This document shows positions 28,370 through 36,978 of a stretch of DNA of 64,000 bases, piece after piece. The DNA is taken from contig CP066685.1 of assembly GCA_016432345.1 (NCBI GenBank), positions 432,236-496,235 on the forward strand, given 5' to 3'. The translations under genes and the position numbers were made by a program. The notes beneath the pieces were generated by a model. That model searched no databases. It was not told where the DNA came from and saw nothing but the letters and a program-made list of their open reading frames with translations. Every line of letters starts with the position of its first letter. The stretch's first letter is position 1. This DNA is from Candidatus Levyibacteriota bacterium (GTDB lineage: Bacteria; Patescibacteriota; Microgenomatia; Levybacterales; UBA12049).

Positions 28370-29302
28370 CTAAATATTTTTGAATTCCAAACGCCTAATA
28401 AGTTGATAGCCTTTTATAAGTTCTTTTATTCCTTCATCTAGTGTTTTTTTTGCTTCAAATCCAGCAGTTTTGAGCCTTTGGCTTAAGACAATATAGTTTC
28501 TTTTGTCAGGGTCTGAGTTTATTTCTGCAAAATCAATATAAAATTTAGGGAGATGCTGTTTGATTTTTCCTGCTAACTCTTCTTTTGTTAGATTTTCAGA
28601 ATCTAAGCCAAGATTATATGCTTTTCCAGTCATTTTCTTGTGATTTTCAATGGAGAAGATAAAACAATCAATAACATCGCGAATATGAACAAAATTTCTT
28701 TTAAAATTTTTTTCAAAAAGCACAATATATCCATCAGTTAGGGCGGTATATACAAAGTGGTTCACCAGTAAATCTAGTCTTAATCGTGGAGACATGCCAA
28801 AAACCGAAGCAAGCCTAAGGGTAATGGTATTTTTTGATGATAACAACTCTATTTCTGCGTCAGTCTTAGTTTTTCCATAGAGCGTTACTGGTTTAAGCGG
28901 TGTTTCTTCTGTGCAAAAATTTCCGCAGGAGGGGGTACCATATCCATTATTTGTCATAGGAAAAACGACTAATTGATCTTTGCTTCGTAACTTGTTAAGT
29001 AGTTTTATAGAGTCTAAATTTGTCGTTGTAGCAAGATAGGGATCACTGTCGCAAGCAGAAGTTCCGACAATTGCTGCAAGGGGAACTACAACATCAGCAT
29101 TTTTAAGAAGTTTACTCATTAAGCTTTTGTCTCGGACATCTCCAAAAACAAAATCAAAATTGGGATTGTTACATAAATGGAATAGGCTTTTTTGTCGATA
29201 TATGAGGTTATCTATTGCTGTAACGTTATAGCCTTTATCCAAGAGAATCTCGCAGAGAACTGATCCTAAATAACCTGCGCCCCCCGTGACCAAAATATTC
29301 AT
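28370..29302 (-). CDS. NAD-dependent nucleotide-sugar epimerase/dehydratase (extended SDR)
   Basis: MNILVTGGAGYLGSVL and YGKTK (YxxxK). It is the operon head, with a TTGAAT-N17-TACAAT promoter 6 nt upstream of the ATG. Confidence 0.75.
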   Translation of the reverse strand: MNILVTGGAGYLGSVLCEILLDKGYNVTAIDNLIYRQKSLFHLCNNPNFDFVFGDVRDKSLMSKLLKNADVVVPLAAIVGTSACDSDPYLATTTNLDSIKLLNKLRSKDQLVVFPMTNNGYGTPSCGNFCTEETPLKPVTLYGKTKTDAEIELLSSKNTITLRLASVFGMSPRLRLDLLVNHFVYTALTDGYIVLFEKNFKRNFVHIRDVIDCFIFSIENHKKMTGKAYNLGLDSENLTKEELAGKIKQHLPKFYIDFAEINSDPDKRNYIVLSQRLKTAGFEAKKTLDEGIKELIKGYQLIRRLEFKNI

Positions 29303-29308
29303 TGGTCA

Positions 29309-29337
29309 ATTGTAGCTCAATTATTAAATAAATTCAA
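29309..29337 (-). promoter_or_regulatory. Sigma70-type promoter TTGAAT-N17-TACAAT, ATG 6 nt downstream (leaderless configuration)
   Basis: Minus strand: -35 at 29337-29332, -10 at 29314-29309, ATG at 29302. Confidence 0.6.
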
Positions 29338-29341
29338 TAAC

Positions 29342-29370
29342 TTGAAACTTGATACAATTTTTGATATAAT
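29342..29370 (+). promoter_or_regulatory. Sigma70-type promoter TTGAAA-N17-(TGa)TATAAT, ATG 7 nt downstream (leaderless configuration)
   Basis: -35 at 29342-29347, extended -10 TG at 29362-29363, -10 at 29365-29370, ATG at 29378. The -35 lies 4 nt from the divergent -35. Confidence 0.65.
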
Positions 29371-29377
29371 CTAAGTT

Positions 29378-30634
29378 ATGGAAGGGGCTATCACTCCCAA
29401 AGCTTTATTGTATACACGATTCGCTCGTGAAGAGCGCAAACTTCCTCCGCTTATTGAAGATGCGCGTCAAAACCCGCTTGTAAAAGCAGAGACCGCAGAT
29501 GGAACAGTATATGTAAAAGATGTTGCGATCCTCACAGCACGTCAACACATGTTGGTAATTCCAGACCAGCCAAGCGGAGTGATTATGGGAAGTGTACAGG
29601 AAGTACCTTTGCCTTTGCTTGGAGATACATTTCAGGCTGCCGGTGATATCGCAAAATATTATGAATCTCAACCTGGAATAGAACAGGTGGATATGATGAT
29701 TAATTTTTCTACTGATCCTCTCAAAAGAATTCAAACCCAGCCAAATTTGCATGTGCATATACTTGGATATGGTCCAGATGATATACAAAAACCTACAAAT
29801 AGAAGAGAAATGAGGGCAAATCCAGAGCTGCGTCCTCAAGAAAGTGAGCCACTCAACAGTGTAATTTATGACTTGTTAGATCAGCAAGTTTTTCCTTCTG
29901 TGGCAACAGACCCCGCTTTTAAGCAGTTATTTGAGCGGACTACTGATGAACATGGAGCAATAACGTATAGGCTTATTTATGGAGATGCGACATTTTCGGA
30001 TTCTGACTTTCCCCGTGTAATGCAAGAAATTCATAAAAGAAGTCAAGAAGTATATAATCAACTCGCATCTGTATATTTTGAAATGGATAAAGACGGAAGA
30101 TTTGTAGAAGAAGTTGATGGACGTAATAAACTTTTATCACAAGAAAAACGGATAAATAATGTAGCTATATATATTTCAGAGCATCCAAGTCTTTCATCAA
30201 CAAGTCAAAGATGGCTTCAGTTTTTGGCAAATCATGCAACAGATTTAGAAACTGTTATAGTCAGCAAAGAACAAGCAAAAGGAAGTGAGTTATCGCCGCA
30301 AGAGAGAAAGCACGTAATTAATAGATTCGCTGCCATAAAAGACTTATCATATGGCTTAACATTTTCAGGAATAAAAATTGATGATAAGTATGATTGGCGC
30401 ATGGGATATGATCCTATTGTTTTTTCGACTAGAGGTACCTTAGCGGCTTCCAGAGGCATACCAAAAGCGGGCATAATGGATTCAACTATGATATATGATC
30501 CACAGACGTTAGAAATTGTTAAAGCCTCTGAAAGAAAGTTAGGGGAATATTTAGTAGAAAAAGGCAAGCAAGACAGTAGTCTTCCTTATCAACCAGGTCC
30601 CCAACTTTATTCAGAATCAATTAATCCAGGATAG
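29378..30634 (+). CDS. HIT-like N-terminal domain protein with an unassigned ~270-aa C-terminal region
   Basis: RQHMLVIPDQP plus MMINFSTDPLKRIQTQPNLHVHILGY resembles the HIT fold with an N-x-H-x-H-x-x triad variant (HVH at nt 29750-29758). GC is higher than in flanking genes. Confidence 0.45.
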   Translation: MEGAITPKALLYTRFAREERKLPPLIEDARQNPLVKAETADGTVYVKDVAILTARQHMLVIPDQPSGVIMGSVQEVPLPLLGDTFQAAGDIAKYYESQPGIEQVDMMINFSTDPLKRIQTQPNLHVHILGYGPDDIQKPTNRREMRANPELRPQESEPLNSVIYDLLDQQVFPSVATDPAFKQLFERTTDEHGAITYRLIYGDATFSDSDFPRVMQEIHKRSQEVYNQLASVYFEMDKDGRFVEEVDGRNKLLSQEKRINNVAIYISEHPSLSSTSQRWLQFLANHATDLETVIVSKEQAKGSELSPQERKHVINRFAAIKDLSYGLTFSGIKIDDKYDWRMGYDPIVFSTRGTLAASRGIPKAGIMDSTMIYDPQTLEIVKASERKLGEYLVEKGKQDSSLPYQPGPQLYSESINPG

Positions 30635-30697
30635 CAGGCAAGTGTAGATATAGAAGCAGAGAAATTATATTATTCCGAGTTTGCTAGGGCTCAAGAA

Positions 30698-31333
30698 ATG
30701 GTCTTAAACGATAGACCTACCGAACCAGTTGATGCTGCTTTATTTTTTGGACGCTCCTGGTTTGATGCCGAAAAAACTGGAGTATATCAATTAATGAAAG
30801 ACTTTTATGACCAAGGGATGATTAAATATATAGTTCTTTATGGTGGAGATGGACAAAAATTCGGAGAAACTGTTCCAGATGTTGCCGCACCAGGCAAAAG
30901 ATTTGCCAGAGATCGTCTGGTCAAAATGGGTGTGCCTAATGAAAGTATTCTTGACAGTGAATTAGAAGATCAAACTGAAAACAATACTTTAGAAGAAGGA
31001 AGGGGGATGTTAAACTTAGTTAGATCTCGCGGTTGGAGTAGAGTTGTTGCTGTGGCAAATGAACATCAGTTGTTACGTGCTACACTGGGACTTATTCCGA
31101 TGATAAATAATTCGGAAGGAGAACAAATTGATCTTTGGACAGCAGCTCCTCATGATACAAATTGGAATAAGCGAGTAAGGGGGGCACAAGGAGAACATTT
31201 TGGTCCAAGATCTGATCATATAATTTTAGAAAATAACAGAGTTCGTCAGTATCAAGAAAAAGGCGATCTCGCTTCTTTTGAGAGGTATCATGCCTATATA
31301 CAAAATAGAGATCAAAGAATAGGAATTCGTTAA
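30698..31333 (+). CDS. DUF218 / YdcF-like domain protein
   Basis: YIVLYGGDG...RDRLVKMGVPNESILDSELEDQTENNTLEEGRGMLNLVRSRGWSRVVAVANEHQLLRA matches the DUF218 pattern (GG..G, GVP...I, NT.E, HQ..RA). Confidence 0.5.
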   Translation: MVLNDRPTEPVDAALFFGRSWFDAEKTGVYQLMKDFYDQGMIKYIVLYGGDGQKFGETVPDVAAPGKRFARDRLVKMGVPNESILDSELEDQTENNTLEEGRGMLNLVRSRGWSRVVAVANEHQLLRATLGLIPMINNSEGEQIDLWTAAPHDTNWNKRVRGAQGEHFGPRSDHIILENNRVRQYQEKGDLASFERYHAYIQNRDQRIGIR

Positions 31334-31342
31334 GTCTTATTT

Positions 31343-32602
31343 TTAGACAATTTTAGGCTCTGGGATTGGGATAATAAATTTTCCACCTTTTTCTTTAAAC
31401 CATTTCTCGTTTTCCATAATATTATCGGCATAATTCCAGGCAGTAATTATTATGAAATCCGGAGTTTTTATTTTTAATACATCTGGAGCAACTATTGGAA
31501 TATGCGTTCCTGGTGTAAACTTCCCCTGTTTGGAAGAGGCACTGTCGGTAATATAATCAATCACATCCGGACCAATATCACAATATTGCAGTAGTGTAGT
31601 TGCTTTAGCAGATGCGCCATATGCTACAATTTTTTTACCCTTTTTCTTTAAATCCAAAAGCATGTTTGTTAATTGTTTTTTAACAATAGGGGGCCTTTTG
31701 GCAAACTTTTTATAAGTTGAAAGTTTATCCAAACCAAATCTCTTTTCATTTTCCAAAAATTTATTAACGGCTTTTGCAATAGTAAGTGAAGAACGAGAAT
31801 GCGTTGCAAAAACCATAATTCCTCCTCCATGAGTATCAGTATGAATAATATCAATAATTTTCATTCTATACATTTTTAGAAGATATGTAAGAGGGGTAAT
31901 AGCGTGGAAACAAATATGCTCGTGATAAATATTATCAAACTCATTGTGAGTTAGTAGATCTAAAAGATATTGCACTTCAAAAACAAAAACTCCTTTCTCA
32001 TCTAAAAATTCTTTTACCCCTTCAAAGATATTATGTAAGGCATCGGTATGAGCTAAGGTATTATTTGAAGTAATAATACCAGCTTTTCCATATTTTTTTA
32101 TAAGGTTTTCTACTTTATCTTTACCAAAAAAGTCTGCTATAGTTTCAATACCTTGCTCATTTGCTATTTTGGCAATATTTTTTGCTGGATCTATTCCTAA
32201 AACTCTGGCTCCTAATCTTTTAAAAGGTTTTAGTAAAACACCATCGTTGCTACCAATATCCACAACTAACTGTTTTGATTGAGAAGGGAAGCGTGTAAAA
32301 ACCTCTTTTGCATACTCCTCGAAATGCTTAACAAGCATGGGAGAAGTAGATGAGAAGTAAGCATAGTCAGAGTAGATATGACTCCTATCAACTATATGAA
32401 GTAACTGTGTTAAGTTACAATTATGGCAGAAATATACCTCTAGAGGAGCTTTAAATTCTTTTTTGTTGAGCTGCGCTTTAGTAAGATAAGAATTAGCCGG
32501 TGCTTGAATTTCTAATGATAAATATTTGCTTAATTTTTTGCTTCCGCAGATAAGACATTTGTTGTTTAACAGATACAGTTTTTTGTTTTTAGGCGATGCC
32601 AT
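31343..32602 (-). CDS. NDP-hexose C-methyltransferase (TylCIII-like three-domain type)
   Basis: The zinc-ribbon-like CLICGS...CHNC, SAM motif VVDIGSNDGVLL and the C-terminal domain IVAYGASAKATT...FIIITAWNY. It is a paralog of 11324-12457. Confidence 0.7.
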   Translation of the reverse strand: MASPKNKKLYLLNNKCLICGSKKLSKYLSLEIQAPANSYLTKAQLNKKEFKAPLEVYFCHNCNLTQLLHIVDRSHIYSDYAYFSSTSPMLVKHFEEYAKEVFTRFPSQSKQLVVDIGSNDGVLLKPFKRLGARVLGIDPAKNIAKIANEQGIETIADFFGKDKVENLIKKYGKAGIITSNNTLAHTDALHNIFEGVKEFLDEKGVFVFEVQYLLDLLTHNEFDNIYHEHICFHAITPLTYLLKMYRMKIIDIIHTDTHGGGIMVFATHSRSSLTIAKAVNKFLENEKRFGLDKLSTYKKFAKRPPIVKKQLTNMLLDLKKKGKKIVAYGASAKATTLLQYCDIGPDVIDYITDSASSKQGKFTPGTHIPIVAPDVLKIKTPDFIIITAWNYADNIMENEKWFKEKGGKFIIPIPEPKIV

Positions 32603-33518
32603 ATTCTTTGACGTATTTTACATAATCTATAATCCCTTTATCTATACTCATTTTGGGAAACCAACCAAGTACCTTTTTTGCCTTCCCATTGCTCATTGTT
32701 CCCCTACGGGGTCTGTCATGTATATCTTTAACTTCATACTCAAAAGTAAAATGTTTTTTTAAGATATTCACAAATTCAATCAAGTTAATTGCGTTATTAC
32801 CGCTAATATGAAAAACTTCTTTTGCGGGAGCTTTTAAAGCTACCTCTATAATTCCCGCCACTAAATCTTTAACATAAATAAAATCCATCATAATATTTTT
32901 ATTAATCCAAAAGTTTTTTCCTTTTAAAATTTTACCTACAATAATATTACAAGCTCTTCCGTTCATATCTGCAAATCCATATATATTAGTTGTTCTTATA
33001 ATATTCCAATTGTTCAGCTGGGCTTTAATCAAAAATTCGCAACTGGCTTTCGATACCCCATAAGGAGTTTTTGGAAGAAGTCGGTAGTCCTCGTCAATAG
33101 TATCTATACAATCTCCATATGCCGAAATTGATGACATAAAAATGAATTTTTTAAGTTTAGTTTTTTTGACAGTTTCTATTATTTTATAAGTTAAAGCAAC
33201 GTCGTCTGTCAGTTGTTTTAGGCTGATTTCAATATCATCAGTTTTTTCCAGGGGAATTCCTGCCAGATGTATCAAAATGTCCGGCTTTTCTTTTTTTAAA
33301 ATTTTTTCCCCCCCATCCTCAAATTTTTTATGATAAATTTTTGCTCCTTTAAGCAAGTATTCTTTTTTGAAATTGTTTATTTTTTTGATGCGGTTTTTGT
33401 CTGAATCTGAATAATAAATAGAAGAATCAATAATCACCACAGCATGCCCTCTTGATATTAGCTCGCGGGTAAGCCACGAACCTACAAATCCCCCTCCACC
33501 AATTATTAAATATTTCAT
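32589..33518 (-). CDS. NAD-dependent nucleotide-sugar epimerase/dehydratase (extended SDR)
   Basis: MKYLIIGGGGFVGSWL, MSSISAYG and YGVSK. Confidence 0.75.
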   Translation of the reverse strand: MKYLIIGGGGFVGSWLTRELISRGHAVVIIDSSIYYSDSDKNRIKKINNFKKEYLLKGAKIYHKKFEDGGEKILKKEKPDILIHLAGIPLEKTDDIEISLKQLTDDVALTYKIIETVKKTKLKKFIFMSSISAYGDCIDTIDEDYRLLPKTPYGVSKASCEFLIKAQLNNWNIIRTTNIYGFADMNGRACNIIVGKILKGKNFWINKNIMMDFIYVKDLVAGIIEVALKAPAKEVFHISGNNAINLIEFVNILKKHFTFEYEVKDIHDRPRRGTMSNGKAKKVLGWFPKMSIDKGIIDYVKYVKEYGIA

Positions 33519-34453
33519 GTTATTTTTTTAGCGTATACGCACATTATATCAAAAGGATTTATATAAAAACTTAAATCTTTAGGCAAAACAAATTGCGCTG
33601 CGTTTAATATTGTGCCTGCAACTTTATTATATAATCCAATTCGATCTGTAAAAAGACTCAAATTGACATATTTACCAACATGCTTACTTGATACAAGAGA
33701 AAGTCCAGCCTTTTCAAGAAGTTGTGCAACTGTTTTTTTTGAAAAATAGGTAAGATGTTCATCAGATAATTTGTAGCCTATCCATTTATGTTTTGTTAGT
33801 TTTGCTGGTATTGATCCGACATTTGGTGTTGAAAATACAAGCAAACCATTTTTTTTTAGAGCTCGTTTCGATGCTTGAATAACTTCAATAGGATTTGTTA
33901 AATGTTCAATAACATCCCACATGGTAATCAAATCATATGTATTGGCGGGTAAGTCAATTTGCATTACATTTCCAACATGGATTTTAAAACCAAAAGTTTT
34001 TTTTGCATAAGAAGCAGCAAACTTCGAAATTTCTACACCTTCAACTTTCCATCCCCGCATTTTTGCGCTATGCATAAAAAATCCTGTTGCGCATCCGATA
34101 TCAAGCAGTTTTCCAGGAGACAGAAAAGTTTCAATTGCTTTAAGACGTTTATCAAATGTCTTTATAATATTCTTCCGATCTTGTAGATAACTGCTATATC
34201 CCAATAATGAGGAATGATCATTTTTAAAATACTCTTCTGTGTAAAGCTCTTTTAAGTATTTATTTTTTAACCGTGGATTTGTATATATAAGTTCACATTT
34301 TATACATGTTACAATTCGGGGATAATACTCTGGATATTTTTTGGTATGTGTTTTACTATTACATAAGGGGCAGGAGATATTTTCAAGATACTTTGGTGGG
34401 AAAATGTTTCTATGAGAACTTTTTTGAATATGCTTTTTTAGTTTTATTTCCAT
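33515..34453 (-). CDS. Class I SAM-dependent methyltransferase with N-terminal zinc ribbon
   Basis: CPLCNS...CIKCELIYTNP, LLDIGCATGFF and DLITMWDVIEHL. It is the operon head. Confidence 0.75.
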   Translation of the reverse strand: MEIKLKKHIQKSSHRNIFPPKYLENISCPLCNSKTHTKKYPEYYPRIVTCIKCELIYTNPRLKNKYLKELYTEEYFKNDHSSLLGYSSYLQDRKNIIKTFDKRLKAIETFLSPGKLLDIGCATGFFMHSAKMRGWKVEGVEISKFAASYAKKTFGFKIHVGNVMQIDLPANTYDLITMWDVIEHLTNPIEVIQASKRALKKNGLLVFSTPNVGSIPAKLTKHKWIGYKLSDEHLTYFSKKTVAQLLEKAGLSLVSSKHVGKYVNLSLFTDRIGLYNKVAGTILNAAQFVLPKDLSFYINPFDIMCVYAKKIT

Positions 34454-34475
34454 AATAAGATTATTGTAAAACTAG

Positions 34476-34504
34476 ATTATAGCTGGTATTCTTACAGAAG
34501 CCAA
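34476..34504 (-). promoter_or_regulatory. Sigma70-type promoter TTGGCT-N17-TATAAT for the minus-strand operon 34453 to 31343
   Basis: Minus strand: -35 at 34504-34499, -10 at 34481-34476. The ATG at 34453 is 22 nt downstream. Confidence 0.45.
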
Positions 34505-34532
34505 GTAACAATAAAGATATCATCTTTAATGA

Positions 34533-36953
34533 ATGAAAAAACTCTTTAGATTTTCAAAACCAAAAATTTTCGTTTCTCTTATTTGTATCGTATTATTTAT
34601 TCTTCCTTTTTTTTGGCTTCATACTAACGAATTAGAACTGGGTGGAGATAGTAGTAGGCTTTACATGTATGACCCCGATTCATTTATGCAATCGGATAGT
34701 TTATACAGCATTGAACCCGGCGGTATTGGAGCCTTGAGATCAGATCAAGCCATGCTGCCATTTTTATTTCTATTAAAGTTTTTTTACTTTATTTTCCATT
34801 CATCCTACATTGTCATTTGTCTTTTAAATTCTCTTAAGTTGGTGGGAGCATTTTTATTTATGTATTTAATCGTTGTTGAAATTCTTAAAAAACATGCGCA
34901 GGAAAACAAAATGCTTCTGGTGGAGATTGCAGGAATACTAGCAGGGCTTTTTTATACATTTTCCCCAAGCGGTGGTGAATCCATGCAATTTTCCCTGATT
35001 GTACATAATCAAGTATTTTTAAATCCGATGGTTTTTTATCTGCTCCTGCGATTCTTGATTTCGCAAAAAAATAAATATTTATGGTTTGCCATCTTAACAA
35101 CACTTATTTTTTCACCTAATTTTACACTGGTTGTTCCCTCTGTTTACGCTTTTTTTCCATTGGCGTTTATATTCCTTGGATTATATGTAACTTTCTGCCT
35201 TGGTAAACCATTGCCTTTGAGAAAAATATTTGGGGGTATTATTTTATTTCTGGGCCTACATGCTTTTCATCTAATACCTACTATTATGCTTATTTTTGAC
35301 CCGGGTAATATCTTAAATACGCGAATATTTGATAGAAGTTCAATTCAGAATGTAGGGGTAGATTATTTCAGCTCGGTAGTGCTTCATTCAATGGTTACGA
35401 AGAGCTTTTTCTATAGCTACTCAATTCCTCAAACACAATGGACTGTATTTATCGCACCATTAAGTATTATTTTAGGATTCCTGATAAGCCGGGCGCGCGA
35501 AAAAACTTTTACGCTAATCGCCTTATTTTTTTTCATAACAACCTTTTTACAATCGGCAAATATTACATATCTTGGCAATGCTATGTATAAAATGCTGTTT
35601 TATATTCCCGGTTTTTCTATGTTTCGAAACTTTCCAGGGTGGTTTATGTACGTGCAAACTTTTTTTTATGCATTGCTTTTAGGATATGCATTTTTTTTAA
35701 TCTTTTCAAAGTTAAAAGAAAGAATTGTTTATATCTCTTCAATTTTAATCATAGGAGTGTTTGTTTTTAACAGCTGGAAGTTTATAAGCGGACAAATTCT
35801 TAGGCAGCCCCATAGAGGAACAAACAATGTGAGCACGATTATACAAATGGATCCTGCTTATGAAAAGATACTGTCATATTTACGAAACCTGCCTGATGAC
35901 GGTAAAATTTTTGACTTTCCTCTTACAGAATTTGGCTATCAAGTAGTTCCAGGTTTAAACAGAGGCGCGTATATTGGTCCTTCTCCTATTTCTTTTCTCA
36001 CTAATCGGAGTGACTTCGCGGGGAACCCAATTCTTGACCCATTTTCAGCTACACTTCATAATCTAATTAAAGAAAAGAATATAGATGGCATCAAAAGATT
36101 ATTTGGATTGTTAAATGTAAAATATATTTTTTACAATTCAGATCCCAGAGCTTACGAAGAGTTTTTTCCCGATGTTCCCAATACTGTGCTTCTTAAACTG
36201 TTGCCAGATTCTGCTTCTCTTGCAAATTTAGTTGATAAAATCATAGGAGAAAAAGTAGTAAATTTTGGAACATATAACCTTTATTACGCAGATAAAAATT
36301 ATTACTTGCCTCATTTTTTTGTCCTAACTTCAGTTATTCCATACGATGGCAAAAAAATTGATCTCATTGGACAAAATACATCATTTTTTGTTGATACCAA
36401 ACTTACCGATCCAAGAATTGGCTATATTGATTCACAACTGTGTACACAAGTGTTATCTTCTTGTAAAGAGGGAGAGATAATATACGAGAGCGATATCCCC
36501 ACAATTACGTATCAGAAAATCAATCCGACAAAGTATAAAGTTATAGTTTCCAATGCTAATGCCCCTTTTTTTCTTATATTCTCTGATAAATTTCATACGA
36601 GTTGGAAGGCCTATATGACAAATCAAGAAGCTGAAAAGCTAAAAATACAAGGTAGATATTTTGACGGTAGAATACAAGAATCTTATCACGAAAATATCTT
36701 TTTAAATAATAAGACATTCGAGACACTGAATATGAAAAGTTTGCCAGAAGCGCAACATTTTACGGCCAATGGATACGCCAATGCCTGGTATATTACTCCA
36801 GGAGATTTCGATGGAGAAAGTAATTATGAAATTATTGTTGAGATGACGCAACAAAGAGCAGCTTACATAGGACTGATTATCTCTTTTATAAGTATTATAA
36901 TTTTTATGATCTATGGAGTAAAAATTTTGAAAAACAGCGCATTGCACCAATAG
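34533..36953 (+). CDS. Giant-family GT-C-like polytopic membrane protein, short form (paralog 2)
   Basis: 806 aa with PFFWLHTNELELGGDSSRLYMYDP, HNQVFLNPMVFYLLL, IFSPNF, PGFSMFRNF, LPDDGKIFDFPLTEFGYQ, NVKYIFYNSDP, INPTKYKV, FHTSWKA and ANGYANAW, plus a terminal TM helix. Confidence 0.7.
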   Translation: MKKLFRFSKPKIFVSLICIVLFILPFFWLHTNELELGGDSSRLYMYDPDSFMQSDSLYSIEPGGIGALRSDQAMLPFLFLLKFFYFIFHSSYIVICLLNSLKLVGAFLFMYLIVVEILKKHAQENKMLLVEIAGILAGLFYTFSPSGGESMQFSLIVHNQVFLNPMVFYLLLRFLISQKNKYLWFAILTTLIFSPNFTLVVPSVYAFFPLAFIFLGLYVTFCLGKPLPLRKIFGGIILFLGLHAFHLIPTIMLIFDPGNILNTRIFDRSSIQNVGVDYFSSVVLHSMVTKSFFYSYSIPQTQWTVFIAPLSIILGFLISRAREKTFTLIALFFFITTFLQSANITYLGNAMYKMLFYIPGFSMFRNFPGWFMYVQTFFYALLLGYAFFLIFSKLKERIVYISSILIIGVFVFNSWKFISGQILRQPHRGTNNVSTIIQMDPAYEKILSYLRNLPDDGKIFDFPLTEFGYQVVPGLNRGAYIGPSPISFLTNRSDFAGNPILDPFSATLHNLIKEKNIDGIKRLFGLLNVKYIFYNSDPRAYEEFFPDVPNTVLLKLLPDSASLANLVDKIIGEKVVNFGTYNLYYADKNYYLPHFFVLTSVIPYDGKKIDLIGQNTSFFVDTKLTDPRIGYIDSQLCTQVLSSCKEGEIIYESDIPTITYQKINPTKYKVIVSNANAPFFLIFSDKFHTSWKAYMTNQEAEKLKIQGRYFDGRIQESYHENIFLNNKTFETLNMKSLPEAQHFTANGYANAWYITPGDFDGESNYEIIVEMTQQRAAYIGLIISFISIIIFMIYGVKILKNSALHQ

Positions 36954-36970
36954 AGTGTATTTACTATAAT
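36942..36970 (+). promoter_or_regulatory. Internal sigma70-type promoter TTGCAC-N17-TATAAT, ATG of small protein A 8 nt downstream
   Basis: -35 at 36942-36947, -10 at 36965-36970. The stop codon of paralog 2 lies in the spacer, and the ATG is at 36979. Confidence 0.55.
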
Positions 36971-36978
36971 TATCTTTT

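Noticed and set aside
29405-29839. 144-aa minus-strand ORF inside the HIT-like gene. Similar antisense ORFs occur at 1293-1649, 14128-14541, 52177-52545 and 61452-61862.
   Set aside because: All are embedded antisense in better-supported genes, lack motifs and have Cys/Phe/Ile-rich shadow-frame composition.
26078-31333. The higher-GC segment considered as an integrated mobile element or genomic islet
   Set aside because: No integrase, transposase, tRNA attachment site or flanking direct repeats are visible, and low-GC heptose genes lie in the middle of it. It is kept as a compositional observation only.
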